DNA of 64,000 bases from Lama glama (Eukaryota), in NCBI GenBank assembly GCA_028534125.1, contig CM052817.1, positions 68,450,001-68,514,000 of the forward strand. The letters run 5' to 3'. The translations under genes and the position numbers were made by a program. This document shows positions 25,296-39,114 of this stretch, in pieces; position 1 is the stretch's first letter; every line of letters starts with the position of its first letter. The notes beneath the pieces were generated by a model. It was not told the origin of the DNA. It did no database searches and saw only the letters and a program-made list of their open reading frames with translations.

Positions 25296-25750
25296 TGTGA
25301 TGAAATAAAATTCATATTTCATGGTAAAATGAAAAAAATTTAAACAAAATTCTTTGCCCACTTGGGCCTCCTCCCTTCCCTTTAGTGTGTATTGTACGTC
25401 TGCATTAACTAGACTTCCTTAGGAGATAACATCCCTCCTTAATCTAATTGAGGGTTAAAACTCCTTAGGTGATAACCTTCCTTCTTAGTCTCGTAAGGGG
25501 CTATGAAGACCCATGATCCACTATTGCTTGTATGTGTAGATCTGGATTGTGTTAACTGTCAATAATACATCATTTGATATATAACCCTTTGTGTCAAAAG
25601 CATATATAACTGTGCTTTGACTTCTACCAGGCAGAACAGTCCTCAGAGCTTTCTAAAAGATTGTCTCCTAGGTTATAAATCCTCAGGTTGGCTTGAATAA
25701 AATTTTCCATTTCTTTCTTAGATCCACTATTGATTAATTTTCCATCTACA
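25296..25750 (+). mobile_element. Solo ERV LTR (~455 bp) inserted in L1
   Basis: TG...CA termini, TATA-like catatataa and AATAAA near the 3' end. It cleanly interrupts L1 ORF2. Confidence 0.75.
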
Positions 25751-26625
25751 AATATAAGAAGAGCTAAATAAATGGAAAGACATTCTGTATTTATGGATTA
25801 AAAGACATAATATTGTTAAGATGTTAATACTACCGAAAGTGATCTACATATTCAGTACATGTCTTGAAAAAACTGGAACACCAGTGTTCAAACTGATACG
25901 GTATTTCAAAGAACCTCAAATAAGCAAAATAATGGGATTCACAATTCCCATTTTCAAAACTTACTGCAAAGTTATGGTTATCAAAACAGTGGGGCACGGG
26001 CATAAGGAAAGACATGGACCAGTGGAATAAAATTAAGAGTTCAGAAATAAACCCATAATATGGTCAATTACCTTTTGACCAAGGTTCCAAGAGCATTCAC
26101 TGGGGAAAGAACAGCCTCTCCAACAAATGGTGCTGGGACAACTAGATATCCATATGTAAAAGAATGACATTGGACCCATACCTCACACGACAGACAAAAA
26201 TTAATTCAAAATTAATCAGTGACTTGAATGTAAGAGCTAATACAAAACTCGGAGAATAAAATATACAGGTGAATTTTCAAGACCTTCAGATTTGGCAAAG
26301 GATGCTTAGCTATGGCACCAAAAGCATGAGTAACAAAACAAAAAAATTGAATGTATTTTATGAAAAGTAAAACATTTTTTGCAAAAGGACAGAATCAAGA
26401 GAGTGGAAAGACTACCCATCAAATCAGAAAAAATATTTGTGAAATGTGTATCTCATAAGGACCTAGTATACAGAATGCGTAAAGAACTTTTACAACTCAC
26501 CAAACAACCCAATTAAAAAACAGGTAAAGAATCTGAACAGACATTACTCAAAAAAAAAAAAGGAAACATCTATACAAATGGTCTATAAGCACATGAAAAA
26601 ATACTCATCATAATCAGTCTTTTGG

Positions 26626-27447
26626 TGTTCTGAGACTCAGTTTCCAGTGTGTGTGTATGTGAGCACGCTTGAGTGCGGGGAGACAGTGGATTCCCAATGC
26701 TAACAAACCTCACTGGTGTCCAAGATTTTCACTCAATTCTGACATTATCTATCCACATTTTCTACCCGGAGATAGCAACAGATTTCACAGGTAAGGATTC
26801 AGTGTTACGAGATTGTCCCCAGTGCCCACACTTCTGATCCCAGTTGCACGCTCAGTCTGTTACCCATGCTTACAACTGACCAGCTACAGATTGGAGGTTC
26901 CTATGACCCCCTTCTTGGGTTCATATAATTTGCTAGCGTGGCTCACTTAACTCAGAGACATTTTACTTATTAATTTACTGATTTATTGTAACAAGAACAG
27001 CCAGATAGAAGAAATGCACAGGACAAGGTATGGGGAAGGGGTGCAGAGCTTCCAGGCCTTCTCCAGGCGACTATCCCAGAACCTCCACGTGTTCACCAAC
27101 CCAGACGCTCTTCAAACCCTGATCTTTTGGGGTTTTACAGAGACTTCACTAGACAGATATAATTGATTAAATCGTTGGTGATTGGTGGCTGTTTTAACCT
27201 CCATCCCCTTCTCCCCTCCCCAGAGGTCCAGAGGTAGGACTGAAAGTTCCAACCCTCTAATCACAGTTAGATCTCATGGCAACCAGCCCCCATCCTTAGG
27301 TGTGGTTCAAAAGTCACTCCATTAACATAACAAAAGAATCATTATTGCTCACCTCACTTAAGAAATTTCAAGGGTTTTAGGAGCTCTGTGCCAGAAACAG
27401 GAATGAAGACCGAATATATATTTCTCATTATAAATCACAATATCCCA
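26626..27447 (-). mobile_element. MER21-like LTR inserted in L1
   Basis: Reverse complement begins tgggatattgtgatttataatgagaaatatatattcggtcttc...ctggcacagagctcctaaaacccttg, resembling the MER21 5' end. L1 resumes at gtcattagggaaatgcaaattaaaac. Confidence 0.7.
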
Positions 27448-28857
27448 ATTGTCATTAGGGAAATGCAAATTAAAACGACAATATGATATCACTTCACATC
27501 CTCTAAGTAGGTGATAATCAAGAGAATGGAACGTAACAAGTGTTGGTGACGATGTAAAGAAATTGAATATTGCTCGTGGGACTATCAAATGGAGCAACCA
27601 CTGTGGAAAACAGTTTGGTAATTTCTCAAAAAGTTAAACAGTTACCCTAAGACCCAGAAGTTTCACTCCTAGGTCTATACCCAAGGTTTTTACGACAAGT
27701 ACTTAAACAAATACTTGTCTGCAAATTTTCATAAAAGCACTATTCATAACAAGCAAAAGGTGGAAATAACCACATCTCTATTAACAGATGAATAGATAAG
27801 TGAATTATGGTGCATCTAATGACAGAATAGTATTCAGCCACAAGATGGAATGAAGCCCTGTTATGTACTGCAATGCGGATTAACCTCAAAAGCATTATGC
27901 AAAGTGAAAGGAGTCAGACACAAAGGTCACATTCTATTACTCCAGTTATATGAAATATCCAGAATAGATAAATCAATGGGAACAGAAAGTAAATTGGTGG
28001 ATGCCAGAGGGAGAATGGAGAGTAACAGCTTAATGGGTAAGGGATTTATTTTGGGTGATTGAAATATTCTGGAACTAAATATATGCCATGGTTTCAACAC
28101 CCTTCAAGTATAGGACATGCCACTGAATTGTTTGCTTCAAAATGGGTAATTTTATGTCAGATGTGTTTCATCTTATAAAATATTTTTTAAATTTTCAAAT
28201 CATGTAGCAGAAAAAAAGGAGAAAAAATAAACAGATGATGACAAGTAGAAAAGAAAGAGCAACTGGGTAGATTTAAGCCCAGCTCTACCAGTAATCATAT
28301 AATGTATAAATAGTCTAAACATTCTAATTAAAGAGACTGTCAGATTAGATGAGAAAAGCAAGACTGAACTAAACGTTGCCTAGAAGACACAAATAATAAA
28401 AAACAAAACTTTTGCTCACGGCATACTTAAATTTGCTAACCCGGTACAGAACATTGCTTTGTCTGACAAATGGCAGGGCCTTTCAGAATAAGAAAGTCAT
28501 AACTGAAGACACAAATATAAATGAGGCAGTGATCCAGGAAGCCCACATTTTAGAAGACAAAGGGACATTCATGAACCGGGGATAATTTACTAGAAATGCC
28601 TTTCAGGGCTCCCGGATGGAGAAACCTGACAGCAGCTTGGAGTTAACAGTGGAGGTTAATTCCAAGTTGATTATTTGGGGCTCATTCACTAAAAGCCAAA
28701 AACTGAGCCCTCACTCACAGTCAGGTAGTTGAACTTCTGAGAGCACAGATTGCTACCCTACTTCCATGCCTATCTTCATTTTCCAGGCCAAGCCCCCGCA
28801 GGTGTTCTGATTCTGCTTGCAGACAGTCTTTTCAGGATGTGTTGAATTCGTTAACAT

Positions 28858-29068
28858 TGTAGTTCCCAACTGGGGGTAATTTTGACCCTCGGGGACAGTT
28901 GGTAATGACTAGAAATATTTTTAGATGTCACAACTTGGAGGTGTTACTGGCATCAGTGGGTAAAGGTCGGGTATGTTGTTAACCATCCTATAAAGCACAG
29001 GACAGCTCCACACAACGAAGAATTATCTGGCCTAAAATGTCAGTAGTGCCAAGGGTGCAAAAGCCTGA
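28858..29068. mobile_element. MER20 hAT DNA transposon
   Basis: Resembles MER20: ggggtaattttgaccctcgggga...ctggcatc...acaggacagc...aagaattatctggcctaaaatgtcagtagtgccaagg. Confidence 0.8.
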
Positions 29069-29089
29069 TCTTAATCAATGATTCTAAAC

Positions 29090-29265
29090 CAATGATTTCC
29101 AAAGAGTGGTTTCAAAACTTGCAGTGCCCATACTGAGAATGTATTAGAATCGTGCATCCTCAGGCTCCATACCTGACTTGCAGAGTCAGAAACTCTGGAG
29201 GTGAAGCCCAGCAATCTGTGTTTTAATGAGCTCCCCTGCTGATTCAGGAAAGTGTTGGTTTGAGG
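29090..29265. mobile_element. MER5A-like hAT MITE
   Basis: cagaaactctggaggtgaagcccagcaatctgtgttttaatgagctcccc core. Confidence 0.7.
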
Positions 29266-30484
29266 GTAAATTTCTTCACAAACTCATTCCACTCCCCCTC
29301 TTCCCACCTCTTCAGTGCTCTCCTACTACCACTTCACTCTGAACTTTAACATCACCGTTCTACCAAAAATGTTTCTTCGAAGGCTGTTTGTTATCTTGTT
29401 TATGGTTCCACCGTTCAACCCACATCCACCACCATACCAGCAGCACTTGACAATGGTGATCCCTGAACCCACTTCCTTAAAATCCTCTTCTTCTCTGGCC
29501 TCCATAAACTACACTCCTACACTTCCAACCAATCACTGGAAAAATCCAAGTTGCCCCGGACTTGCTAAGTCCCAAACTGTATGAATACAGGTTATTATTA
29601 TTCCTCTGCCTTTGCCTTTCCCCCAAACCTTCCCCCTACCCTTGTCAATCCCACCCTTCTCTGAATAAAAGCAATCTCTTATAAAGGTCATTAATCCTTG
29701 AAATCTGACACTGTTTTTTTTAATACTTATTTTTATTTCTATTTATTCAAATCATTAATGAATTCTAATAGTTCTGCCTCTGAAACAGTTCTTCTGACTC
29801 TGTCTCACACAAATCAAAAATGCAAAATATTTGAGATGACTTTTTAATCTGAGGTTGAGAGGGAGAGTGATGATTTAATTCACAAGGCATTTTAAATGAC
29901 AGGTCAGTAGTTCCACTCTGACCCCTCTCGTGAACTAGTTTTGTTTCTTTGGTAGGCAAGAACCATGGATGCAAAGCAGAACTTTCTTAGTTATCTTTTT
30001 TAATTGTATGTACTTTTGTATGCTCTTTCTAATATGTTATGAAATATGGAAAGTAAAACAAAACAGAACATACCTTGGTTCCTGCAGGGTTGAATGCGCC
30101 GTCCAAGTTATCTGAAGAGCTGGAGACTGACAGCAGGAAGCTTGGGATATTTAGGAATAAATAGGAAACAGCCTTTTCTTTTTCTTTTTAATAGAGATCA
30201 AATGATTAGCCATGAGCTGTACCTTTCACCCTTGTTAGTCCAAGTATGGTCAGTGAACGAGCCACATAAGCATCACCTGCGTGCTTTTAGAAACAGACTC
30301 ACGTGCCCACCTTAAACCTAATGAAGCAAAAGCCACAGATACCAAGCATCCTTAGGTGATTTGTATGCCTATTAAGGTTTGCAAGGCACCACTTCAGAGT
30401 GTAAAGCTTTTCTACAGACCTTAGCCTTTCCCACATAGGAGTACCTGTGAAAATAATCTACCCAGGCTTACCACAGTTTAGAAC

Positions 30485-30781
30485 AGCGAATTCTCACAGT
30501 GTGGTCCTGGAACAGCAGCGTCAGCATCACCAGGGAAGTGTCTGAAATGCAGCGTCTCAGGCGCATCCCAGACATAGTGAATCAAAATCCAAGGGGGAGG
30601 ATTTAGCTCAGTGGTGGAGCACATGCTTAGCATGCACAAGGTCCTGGGTTCAGTCTTCAATTCCTCCATTAACAAATAAATAAACCTAATCACTACCTCA
30701 TCAAATTTAATGGTGGGGGCCCAGCGGTCTGGGTTGTAACAGCCCTGCGGTAATTCTGATGCTAATACTAGAGGACCACTG
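30485..30781. mobile_element. MER5A-like hAT MITE split by a SINE
   Basis: ttctcacagtgtggtcc...cagcagcgtcagcatcacc...[SINE]...ggggcccagcggtctg...gaccactg. Confidence 0.7.
30593..30699 (+). mobile_element. Camelid tRNA-derived SINE (Vic-1-like) inserted in a MER5-type element
   Basis: gggggaggatttagctcagtggtggagcacatgcttagcatgcacaaggtcctgggttcag...aaataaataaa. TSD-like pair atcaaaatccaa / atcaaatttaa. Confidence 0.8.
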
Positions 30782-32563
30782 CCCGAGGGTCGGCGGTAAC
30801 CCTAGGCAGGGACGTAACCCCCAGGGAAGCTCCGTGCCTTTCCTAACGGCTTTGTGAGTGCCTGCAAACACCCACACTGCTGCAGGCACTGCCAAATACC
30901 TGAAAAGTGGTTTTCAGGCTAATTCATAATTAGGAGAACCTGAGTCAATTCTGTTTCATTGGGACTGTGAATAATAACACTTAGGAGATACACAGAAAAG
31001 TTACAGCTTACAAAGTGCTTTCCATGCTATTTAATTTAATCTTCACTGCAATACAAGGACATATACATAATCATCTCCCACAACAGGTATGGAAACTGAG
31101 CTGGAGAAAGATTAAGCGACTTTTTAAAGGGCATGTTGCTGCGAAGGGGCAGGGCTGGTCTTGGAACCCAAAAGCTCAGCTGCAAAGAGACCTATTATCC
31201 TTTTGAAAAGTTAAATGGAGGAGGAGTTTTGGATGCAGCGGAAAACTCCAAAATATTTTTATGTTTGGGAAACAAATTTCAGGCATTGAAATTAATAGAG
31301 GAAGACCCATAAGAACTAAGATTCACGACTTCCTCCCTAAAGGTTCAACAACAACAGCAACAGTGTGAATATAGAGGGAGAAAGATAAAGCAAACGAGGC
31401 AAAATGTTAATATTTGGTGAATCAAGGTGAAGGATTTGTGAGTTTTCATTGCACAATCTGCGACTTTTCTTTGACAAATAAAATGCACAGGGCTTTAATG
31501 TATGTCTGTGTGCTGGAGTCGTTGACATATTATATTCCTTATCTATCATTGCACGTATTTTTAGAATTTCAATCAAATGGCTTCTACGTGTAAAAGAATT
31601 TATCTATGCCTGCATTGTGAGGAAGCAGAGAGTAGACAGTTGAATAACAAGCAAGATGCACCTGCATTTTTCTCTTTTGCAGTGAAGCTTATTCATTTAG
31701 GCTAATATTCTTCATGGGGCCAACAATTTACTGTCAAAAGGGCGATTTTGAGTTGCAACTTTTATTAATATGGTTGTCTTCAGTCTAACCGCAGGCAGAG
31801 GACCAGGCACACAGAGAAATCCAGGGCATCTTTAGAGAATAGGCTTTTGAACGCTGTGGCCCTGGCACTGTAATTCTCAAACACCGTAGCCACTGCCCAC
31901 ATTTGGTAACATCTCGGGACCTTTCATAAGCTGTTCTACTTGTATACCACTTTCCTCGCGTTTCACAGCTAGTGTTTCTAAAAGCCTTTTTGAATAAATA
32001 CGGAATTGGGAGAAAATAGAAATGCATTATTGAGACAACTAGGGAAAATGATTTGGATAACAGCATTTCTGTCAGAAAGGAATGATGACAATACCACACT
32101 GAGCCTCTTGTAAGGGGCAGTCCTGCCACCCTGGGCTTGGGCCCTCTTGACCTCTCCTGCCCCTGTGTAGACAGCAAGGAAATCATGATAAGAGCTAGCA
32201 ATTGCACACTGTTTACAGTTCATAAATGCTTTTCCATTTACTATCTCATTTGGCCTCATTTGATAATACACAATTCCCTCATTTGACGGCAGTGCTTGAG
32301 TGTAGGTAGTATTAAGTTCCTTATTTCATAGACAAGAAATCGGAGGGTCACTGAGTAACCAAATTTGCCAAGATCACTTGGACAGTAGCTACCAGGTCTG
32401 ATTTTCAAAATGTTCTTATCTGCTGCAGAGCCACAGTACAAAGCCAGAGCAGGAAGAGGCTTTGAGGTCTGAATATCCACTCAGTGGTACCCAGAGAACC
32501 AAGGGAACATTTCTGAAAATTTCAAAAGTCATAAGTGCTTACTATAGAATATTGATAAAATTC

Positions 32564-32634
32564 AAAAAAAAAGAAAAAAGAAAAAGGAAGAAAGGAAAGA
32601 AGGAAGGAGGTAGGGAGGGAAGGAAGGAAGGAAG
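32564..32634. repeat. Polypurine A/G tract with (GGAA)n units
   Basis: Directly visible in the sequence. Confidence 0.9.
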
Positions 32635-34982
32635 ACATTACACCTCAATCTGGAAATTGCCATGGCTGCTACTTGGGTATATATTCGCTCAGACTTTTTT
32701 ATTTAAACCTATGAATCTTTGTGGACAGCTTTCCCTGAAGTTGGACATGCCCCTGCCCCCTAGTTTGAATGGCTGCATCGTATTCTATTGAATGGATGAA
32801 CCATAAACATTGCGTTGTTTCTCCAGGACTTTGGACTGCTTCCATGGACGGGCCCTCTAGGGATTCCAGAAGCCTAATTATGCTGTAGAAAATGATTCAC
32901 AATCCGTTCGTAATTGCTGGCCTCTTTCCTTTCCTTCATTTGCTCCAGTGAACCATGGAAACATTCCCTGGAGGCCTGGGATGTAGTACAGGAGTTTAGA
33001 TTCCCAGAACAGCCAGGCCTTCATAGTTGGGAGTCCTTTAGAAATAGAACTAGGGAAAAAACAAGCTAATAGGAATGTTTCTTTTTAGATCCAAAAACTT
33101 TTCATTGAAAAACAATATAAAAAAAAGGGCCAAAAATTTGCTATTCCCTCCCAGCTGCTCTGCTGGACACTTGCAGGGCAATTAGCTATAGGCAGTTGTG
33201 GAAATTTGTAGGTTCAAAGCTTCTGCAGTTGAGCTCAGTGGGTTATTCTGCAAAGTCTTGGGTAATTAAAGCATGATAATAGTGAGGCCCCTAACTAGAT
33301 GCCTTTGCAGATAACAGCTTCATTCTGGGAGTTTACCACAGAAGGCAAAATGCCTGTGAGCCATATGGGAGATAGAAAATCTGGTAAATTTGTGGCCAGC
33401 CCAGTGCCAGTGTTGGAAAAATAACTTGCAGTCGTATCTCTAAATGACTGTGGAGCCCTTCTGATCAGCAAAGAACAGTTTATTATTTTCTATATTGGTT
33501 TGCTTTAAAATGGCATCTTACTTCAACAGCTACTTAAACTGCAGGATGTTAGCCCAAATTGCGTTGCTTAGGATTAAATGCTTCATAAAAACTCCCCAAG
33601 TCCAGGGACTGCTGGATGATAGCTGAAAACAAAACAAATAAACAAACACAAAAACAAATAACACCTTGCCTTATTCTGCTTTAAAAGGTGTTGATTTGTT
33701 TGCCTTGACTGTGTTCATTGAACAAAAGAAAGATTTTTTTTTCAACAGAGGTTAGAATTATTTGGGAGGTAGTCTATAGCTTCCTGTAGGGCTCCTTTAG
33801 CGAGCTATCCTGTGCGATCTTGAAGTGCCAGCCCTCTGGGCCTCCAGCTCACTGCTCTTTGACTTCCAAGCACACATGGCCCACATCACTCTTCCATCCC
33901 AGTGGATTCACCTTCGAGCTCCTTCTTTAGTCCACTCTCAGGAAGTCCTTCCCAATCAGTCCAGACTAGATTCAAACCCTGAGACCTATCAGCCATCCTA
34001 GAGCTGGTTTGTACTTTGATTTCCAAACAACGCTCTAAATGGTTACGTGGCTTTCAGAGCTAGGAGTCCTCATTCCAACTTCCAGCATTACCTCTGATGC
34101 AGGGTAATCTGGTCAGTTCACACAATCCTCCCTCATATTACATACAGTTTGATCTTCTCCAAGCAGAGTAGATGCCTCTTTACAAATCAAAGGTCCTGGT
34201 TCCCATCTGGAAGTTGAATGGAGTCAAGCTTTGTAACATATCTACCCTGAGGTTAGGAGAAAAGCTCAGCCACAGTGGAATGTGAGATTATAGTCTCCGT
34301 GGGCCTCCGCCTCTCTCATTGTCAAGGGCAGCTGTCAGAGCAGTTTCCAGCTGTATTGAATTGCTCCAAAGGACCTTTTGGATCTGGCAGCACCATTAAC
34401 CTGGAGGAGTCCTGCTCCAGAAGCACAAAACAAAATAGGGTGAAGAAAATTTGCTGTAAGCAGTTTTTTCTTCTCTAGTTTCTTCAGCCCACACCATGTT
34501 ATGTTGCTAACAAAGAAGAAAAATAGTGACCTTTGAACCTCTGTTTTGAAGAAGTCTATTCTTTGCTTTAAGGAATGAGAAAGATGTACCTGCTGTTTCT
34601 GTGTTTGCATTTTAGTTAATTTTTAAAGGTATCTTTTTGGTCTAATAAGAAGTATGTGGGAAATGGAGTTTTCCCAATGTCCTTTCACAGAGTGATGAGA
34701 ACATACTGCAGAGCGTCAATTTTCTGGTATTTTGGGGAGTATAGAATTCTGTATCTCCAAGGTATGCATGAGTTACTGCAAGAGTATGAAGCCCCAGTAA
34801 ATGCCCCAACGCTCCTACAGTCTACATGGGGAACAGGTCCTGGGTTGAGTTACATACTTGGCATCATTTTAACTTGAGGTATTTATACCGCCACCTGCCC
34901 ATTTGACTTTTTCATGGGCTTCCTTAAAGATATTCTCTGACACCAATGACTGACAGTCATTCCACTATAGGAAATAGATTAC

Positions 34983-35420
34983 ATTAGTTTTCTATTACTG
35001 TCTAATATTTCCACAAACTTAGAAGCTTAAGCCATACACATGTGTTTTCTCACACTTTCTGTGAGTTAGGGGTCTATGCACGGTGTAAGTGGGTTCTCTG
35101 CCTCTGGGTCTTACAAGACTGCAATCAAGATGTCAGCCAGAGATGTGGTCTCATTCAAGAATCAACTATGGAAGGATCCACTTCCAAGCTCATGTAGTTG
35201 TTGGCAGAATTCAGCTCCTTGCATCTGCCTCATTTCCTTGCTGGATGAAGGCTGTAAACTGCCCTTAAGTCCTTGAGGCATCCCATAGTTTCTTCCCACA
35301 TGGGGCTCCATGGGGCTTCTTCAAAGCCAGCATAGGAGAGGGAGAGCCCAGCAAGATGGTTACTAAACTATTATACAATGTAATCACGTACATGTAATCA
35401 ACCAATGGTCCATTTAAATA
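34983..35420 (-). mobile_element. MLT1-type MaLR LTR
   Basis: attagttttctatt...ccacaaactta..gcttaa...ttctcacac..tctg..ggtc...caagactgcaatcaagatgtcagcc. Confidence 0.65.
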
Positions 35421-36357
35421 CATCTGATTTGTAATCCATAAAGATTATCCTAAATCCTGCCCCATAATATGCTTAAATGTGATTTGTGTCTATAATTCCT
35501 GCATGGAAATCAAAACCCTAGAACTCTTCCTCTCGTTCCTCCAAGATCAGAAGAAAGTTCCTCTGCAGACAACAAACTTTCAAAGAGCTGTGCTAATCCT
35601 GGGAGGAAAACTTTGCAAAATATTGTTTCCACTTTGATGTGCTAGCTTTTACCCTGTATTCAAAAGCAAAGGTCTCTCTATTCATATTTCTTATGAGATC
35701 ACTGAGCAATGGAGTGGCCATAAATTTCTCCTGTAATGGGTCGCACTTGTATGCAAAGAATACCAAGTTATTTTTATAAAAGTGTTAAGTCTCTAGGTAT
35801 TTTTAAAAATAGTATTAATGGGCAATTCTGTCAAGTGTGCACTGCTATTCTTACCAAGTCTACGTCTTTTCAAGCTGGTTGCAATTTGATTCATCCAGGA
35901 TTAGCCAGCTGTCCTAAACAAGTGTTTTTTGTTTTCGGGGGGTTTTTTGCTGCTGCGGTTTGTGTGGCCATATTAGAACACCCCTGGGGAGGCCTACTAG
36001 CAGCGCTCACTGGGAAAACTGGCTTGATTCCTGCCCTCCTGATCTCCTACTATACAAAATCTGTGATTTCTTTGGGCATGAAGGAAATCCTCCCATTGGT
36101 GGGAGTGGTTGGCAGCTCCTGATATGAGATCACTGGCTATTCTGTCCAAGGTACAAGATTTCCCTTTGACCTGGCAATGCCACTTCGAAACATTTTCAGA
36201 GTAGATGAAAAGTGCTATATTGGAAAATAGGTTAATCTGGTTATTTTAGTAATTTAAAATCCTGAACTAACTGAATAATGAAGATATAATCTTGCTTTAT
36301 ATTCTATGAGGGTCTTAACTGCTTTACTAAAAAATATCATTCATTAAAAAAAATTTC

Positions 36358-36446
36358 GGGGGCTAGAGTATAGCTCAGTGGTAGACTGTATGCTTAAATG
36401 CACAAGGCCCTGGGTTCAATTCCTAGTACCTCCATTTAAAAAAAAA
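36358..36446 (+). mobile_element. Camelid tRNA-derived SINE (Vic-1-like)
   Basis: tatagctcagtggtagac...gggttcaattcctagtacctcc plus poly(A). TSD-like pair aaaaaaaatttc / aaaaaaaacttc. Confidence 0.8.
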
Positions 36447-38587
36447 CTTCTTTAACTTCAGCATCAGCAAAACTCATGAAAGGGATATTTTTGAGTGTAC
36501 AGTTTACCTGAGAATGTCAACCATCCTCCTCCACTCCTTCTTCTGTAGCCTCAGTGTATTTGCATCTCAGCAATGTTCGGTAACTTTAAAACTGTCTAAA
36601 AGATAGGAAGCATTTAGGTCCTTGAATTATTCTTCAGGATGTTTCATATTTCTCATATTTCCTTCTATCCTTATACGTTTTTTCTTCCTTGTTATTCTTA
36701 CCTGTGTCCTTTTTTAGCTGCTTGTCCATACAACTCTCAGATGCGTGTAGGGAACGGGGTTCAGAGTAGGGTGGGTGGTGTTCGCTGTTCCCCCTTCCCT
36801 GGGTCCCTGCCAACCCACAAATTTAGAAACCTTCCCTTTTCAGAATTAGCAGGGAAGTCACCGCACTTTCTTTCCCCTCCCTTCCGTCCGCCCCCAGGAG
36901 CAGTGACTGTTGCCCAGCCAGAATCTTGGTCCCCGGTTCCCCGTTGGGTGGGGCTAACGGGGCCTCACTTCTGTCTCTCTTTGCCCCCTTGTCGTTTCCA
37001 CATTTTCCTCAATCTTGTAAGCCCCACGGGGGAGACCTTGCCCCTGGAGGGGACAATGGTGCCAGCCAACAGATCCAAGCTGCCTTTTAAAATCTTGCTC
37101 AGCAGCGATACAACTAGTGTTTTGGACTCAATTTGACAACTGGGTCTTTTTAGTTTGTTCTTTGTCTAGCGGAGAGAGGGGCGCTAGGAATGGATATCCT
37201 CAATTACCAATCAAGTGCTGTCAGCCTGGATCGTCCTCACAGGGAGAGACGGTGGGCAGCAGAACTTGTGAGCAACTTCATGGGACCTGCTCAGGAAAGC
37301 AGGAAAAAAGCCGGATGTCCTGTGAAATGAGGACATTTGGGATATGGGCCATCAAGCCAAGTTTAGTTCTTCCTGGTTCCAGCCAAATCCCAGCAGGGGT
37401 GCCAGAGTTTCAGTGGAGACTCTGGGCAGGAAGCCAGGCTCCAGAAACCTGCTAAAAACATGCCTGGCGAGAGCCCAGGGCCCAGGTCTGAGACCCAAAA
37501 GGTGGACATCCTCCGTGAGTCGTGCTGACAGAGAAGGATCAGCTGGCCGCGGTCCTGAGGGAAGCAAGCTGGCTCTCAGCTCCTAGATAGTGATTCCCAG
37601 GGTATCTGAGACGGGAGAAACAATGTGGCCCCAAATTGCTACCCTCCAAATTAAGAACCATGACCTTGACCAACACAGACTTCAGTGATGTGAACTCAAG
37701 GACTCTGTTACAAAAAGGGGAGTGGGCCCTATATGACTAGGAAAGTGGTGTGGCCAATGCAGGATGTAGAGAAGGGACATAAAACAGCTAAAATGTCCTG
37801 CTTTCCCAGAGGGGCGCCTCGTCAAGAACTTCCCCCAACCTCCTGTTAGCACTGGCCAAGGATTTGGCCTAGAAAGGAGGGGAGGGAAAGGAAGATATTT
37901 ATTATTACCTCTTTGGTGATGGGTGCAAGTTTATTGAATGAGAAGGCTCACAGGAAATGAAGTGCCTGCCCCTGGGAGCTTCAGTGAGGCCTCTATAAGT
38001 CCCTGGAGTAATGGTGGAATCACAGGGCCCTGTCACCATGACAATGTCACCAAAAGCAGTGGCTGTAGCCCCCTGCTTTCTCCTGTTGGTCTGTGCTTGC
38101 CTCAGAAAGGGTGGGGTACATGGAGTGGGCAATAAGGGGCTGAGGGTTGCCTGCCCCCTCCGTGCTAACTGTGCACTTGCCCACCTCTGCCTGAAGGTGC
38201 TTCATCCTCAGCCTGCAGCCCAGGTCTCCTGGCTCATGGGCCCAGGAGGCCTCTCATTATCATCAATGTCAAGGCCGTTTTCACACTGATAACATGCATC
38301 TCTGTCTGTTACCAGCTTTGTGACATCGGGCAAATTAGTCAGCCTCTCTCATCCTCAGTTTCCTTATCTGAAAGAGTACAATACTTTCGTCAGGATTCGT
38401 GCATATTAATTTGAATAGTATAATATTTGTATAGCACTTAACACAACATCTGGCCATATGAGGCATTCAATAGGTAGGAAGTCATTTTTATTATTAGTAT
38501 TATCATTAGCACTCTTATTCTTATTACTGGTGGCTTATTTGGATTGCCTATGTTAATTTGTTTGTTATATACACCTATATGCATATA

Positions 38588-38808
38588 CAGAGGGCCCTTG
38601 GATAACATGGGCTTGAATTGTGTTGGTCCACTTAAATGCAGATGCTTTTTCATTAAATATATATACTACAGTACTACATGACCTGGGGTGGTTCGAGTCC
38701 ATGTTGTAGAATCGCAGATACAGAGGGCCAACTGTGAAGTTATACTCAGATTCTCGACTGCGGGGAGGGTTGGTGCCCCTAATCCCACATTATTCAAGGG
38801 TCTGCGAT
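38588..38808. mobile_element. Tigger2-derived MITE (same family as 24208-24430)
   Basis: cagagggcccttggataaca...ggtccactta...tactacagtactacatga...ttattcaagggtctgcg, colinear with the 24208 copy. Confidence 0.75.
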
Positions 38809-38810
38809 AT

Positions 38811-38841
<31 letters not shown>

Positions 38842-38890
38842 TACATACATACATATATATATACATATATATACACACACATCCATATAT
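38809..38890. repeat. Compound (CA)n/(TACA)n/(TA)n microsatellite
   Basis: Directly visible in the sequence. Confidence 0.95.
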
Positions 38891-39114
38891 ACCAGACCCT
38901 GCCTCCAAACACTTAGATCTTTGAATGACTAGCACTTGTATTATGAGGCATAGCACACATATTTTATGTATAGAATATATCAGTTATTTTCAGAACAACA
39001 GATCAACATACAATGAAATTTGATCCCTATAGCTAGTTTTCGAATAAAAGAGCAGTATTTGGGTTTTAATTCCCCATTTTCACTGTACAGTCGGCTTGGG
39101 GAGCAATATGGATG

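Larger units (their letters stand above)
22330..28190 (+). mobile_element. Large degraded L1 block (ORF2 fragments and 3' UTR) with nested insertions
   Basis: A-rich strand with recognisable ORF2 remnants (IGKEEVKLSLFADGMILHIENP..STEKLLEL...FSQVAGNKIN; LNKWKDI; NKWCWDN). L1M-type 3' end near 28000-28190. Confidence 0.92.

Noticed and set aside
36358..36435. tRNA-like sequence with A and B boxes
   Set aside because: Has a poly(A) tail, TSD-like flanks and diverged sister copies, so it is a SINE and not a tRNA gene.
37160..37830. CTCF-like motifs (gagaggggcgct, ccagaggggcgc)
   Set aside because: Only partial consensus matches, not supportable without a PWM scan or ChIP data.
38666..38956. His/Thr/Tyr/Ile-rich ORFs
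   Set aside because: Translations of a microsatellite and a MITE.
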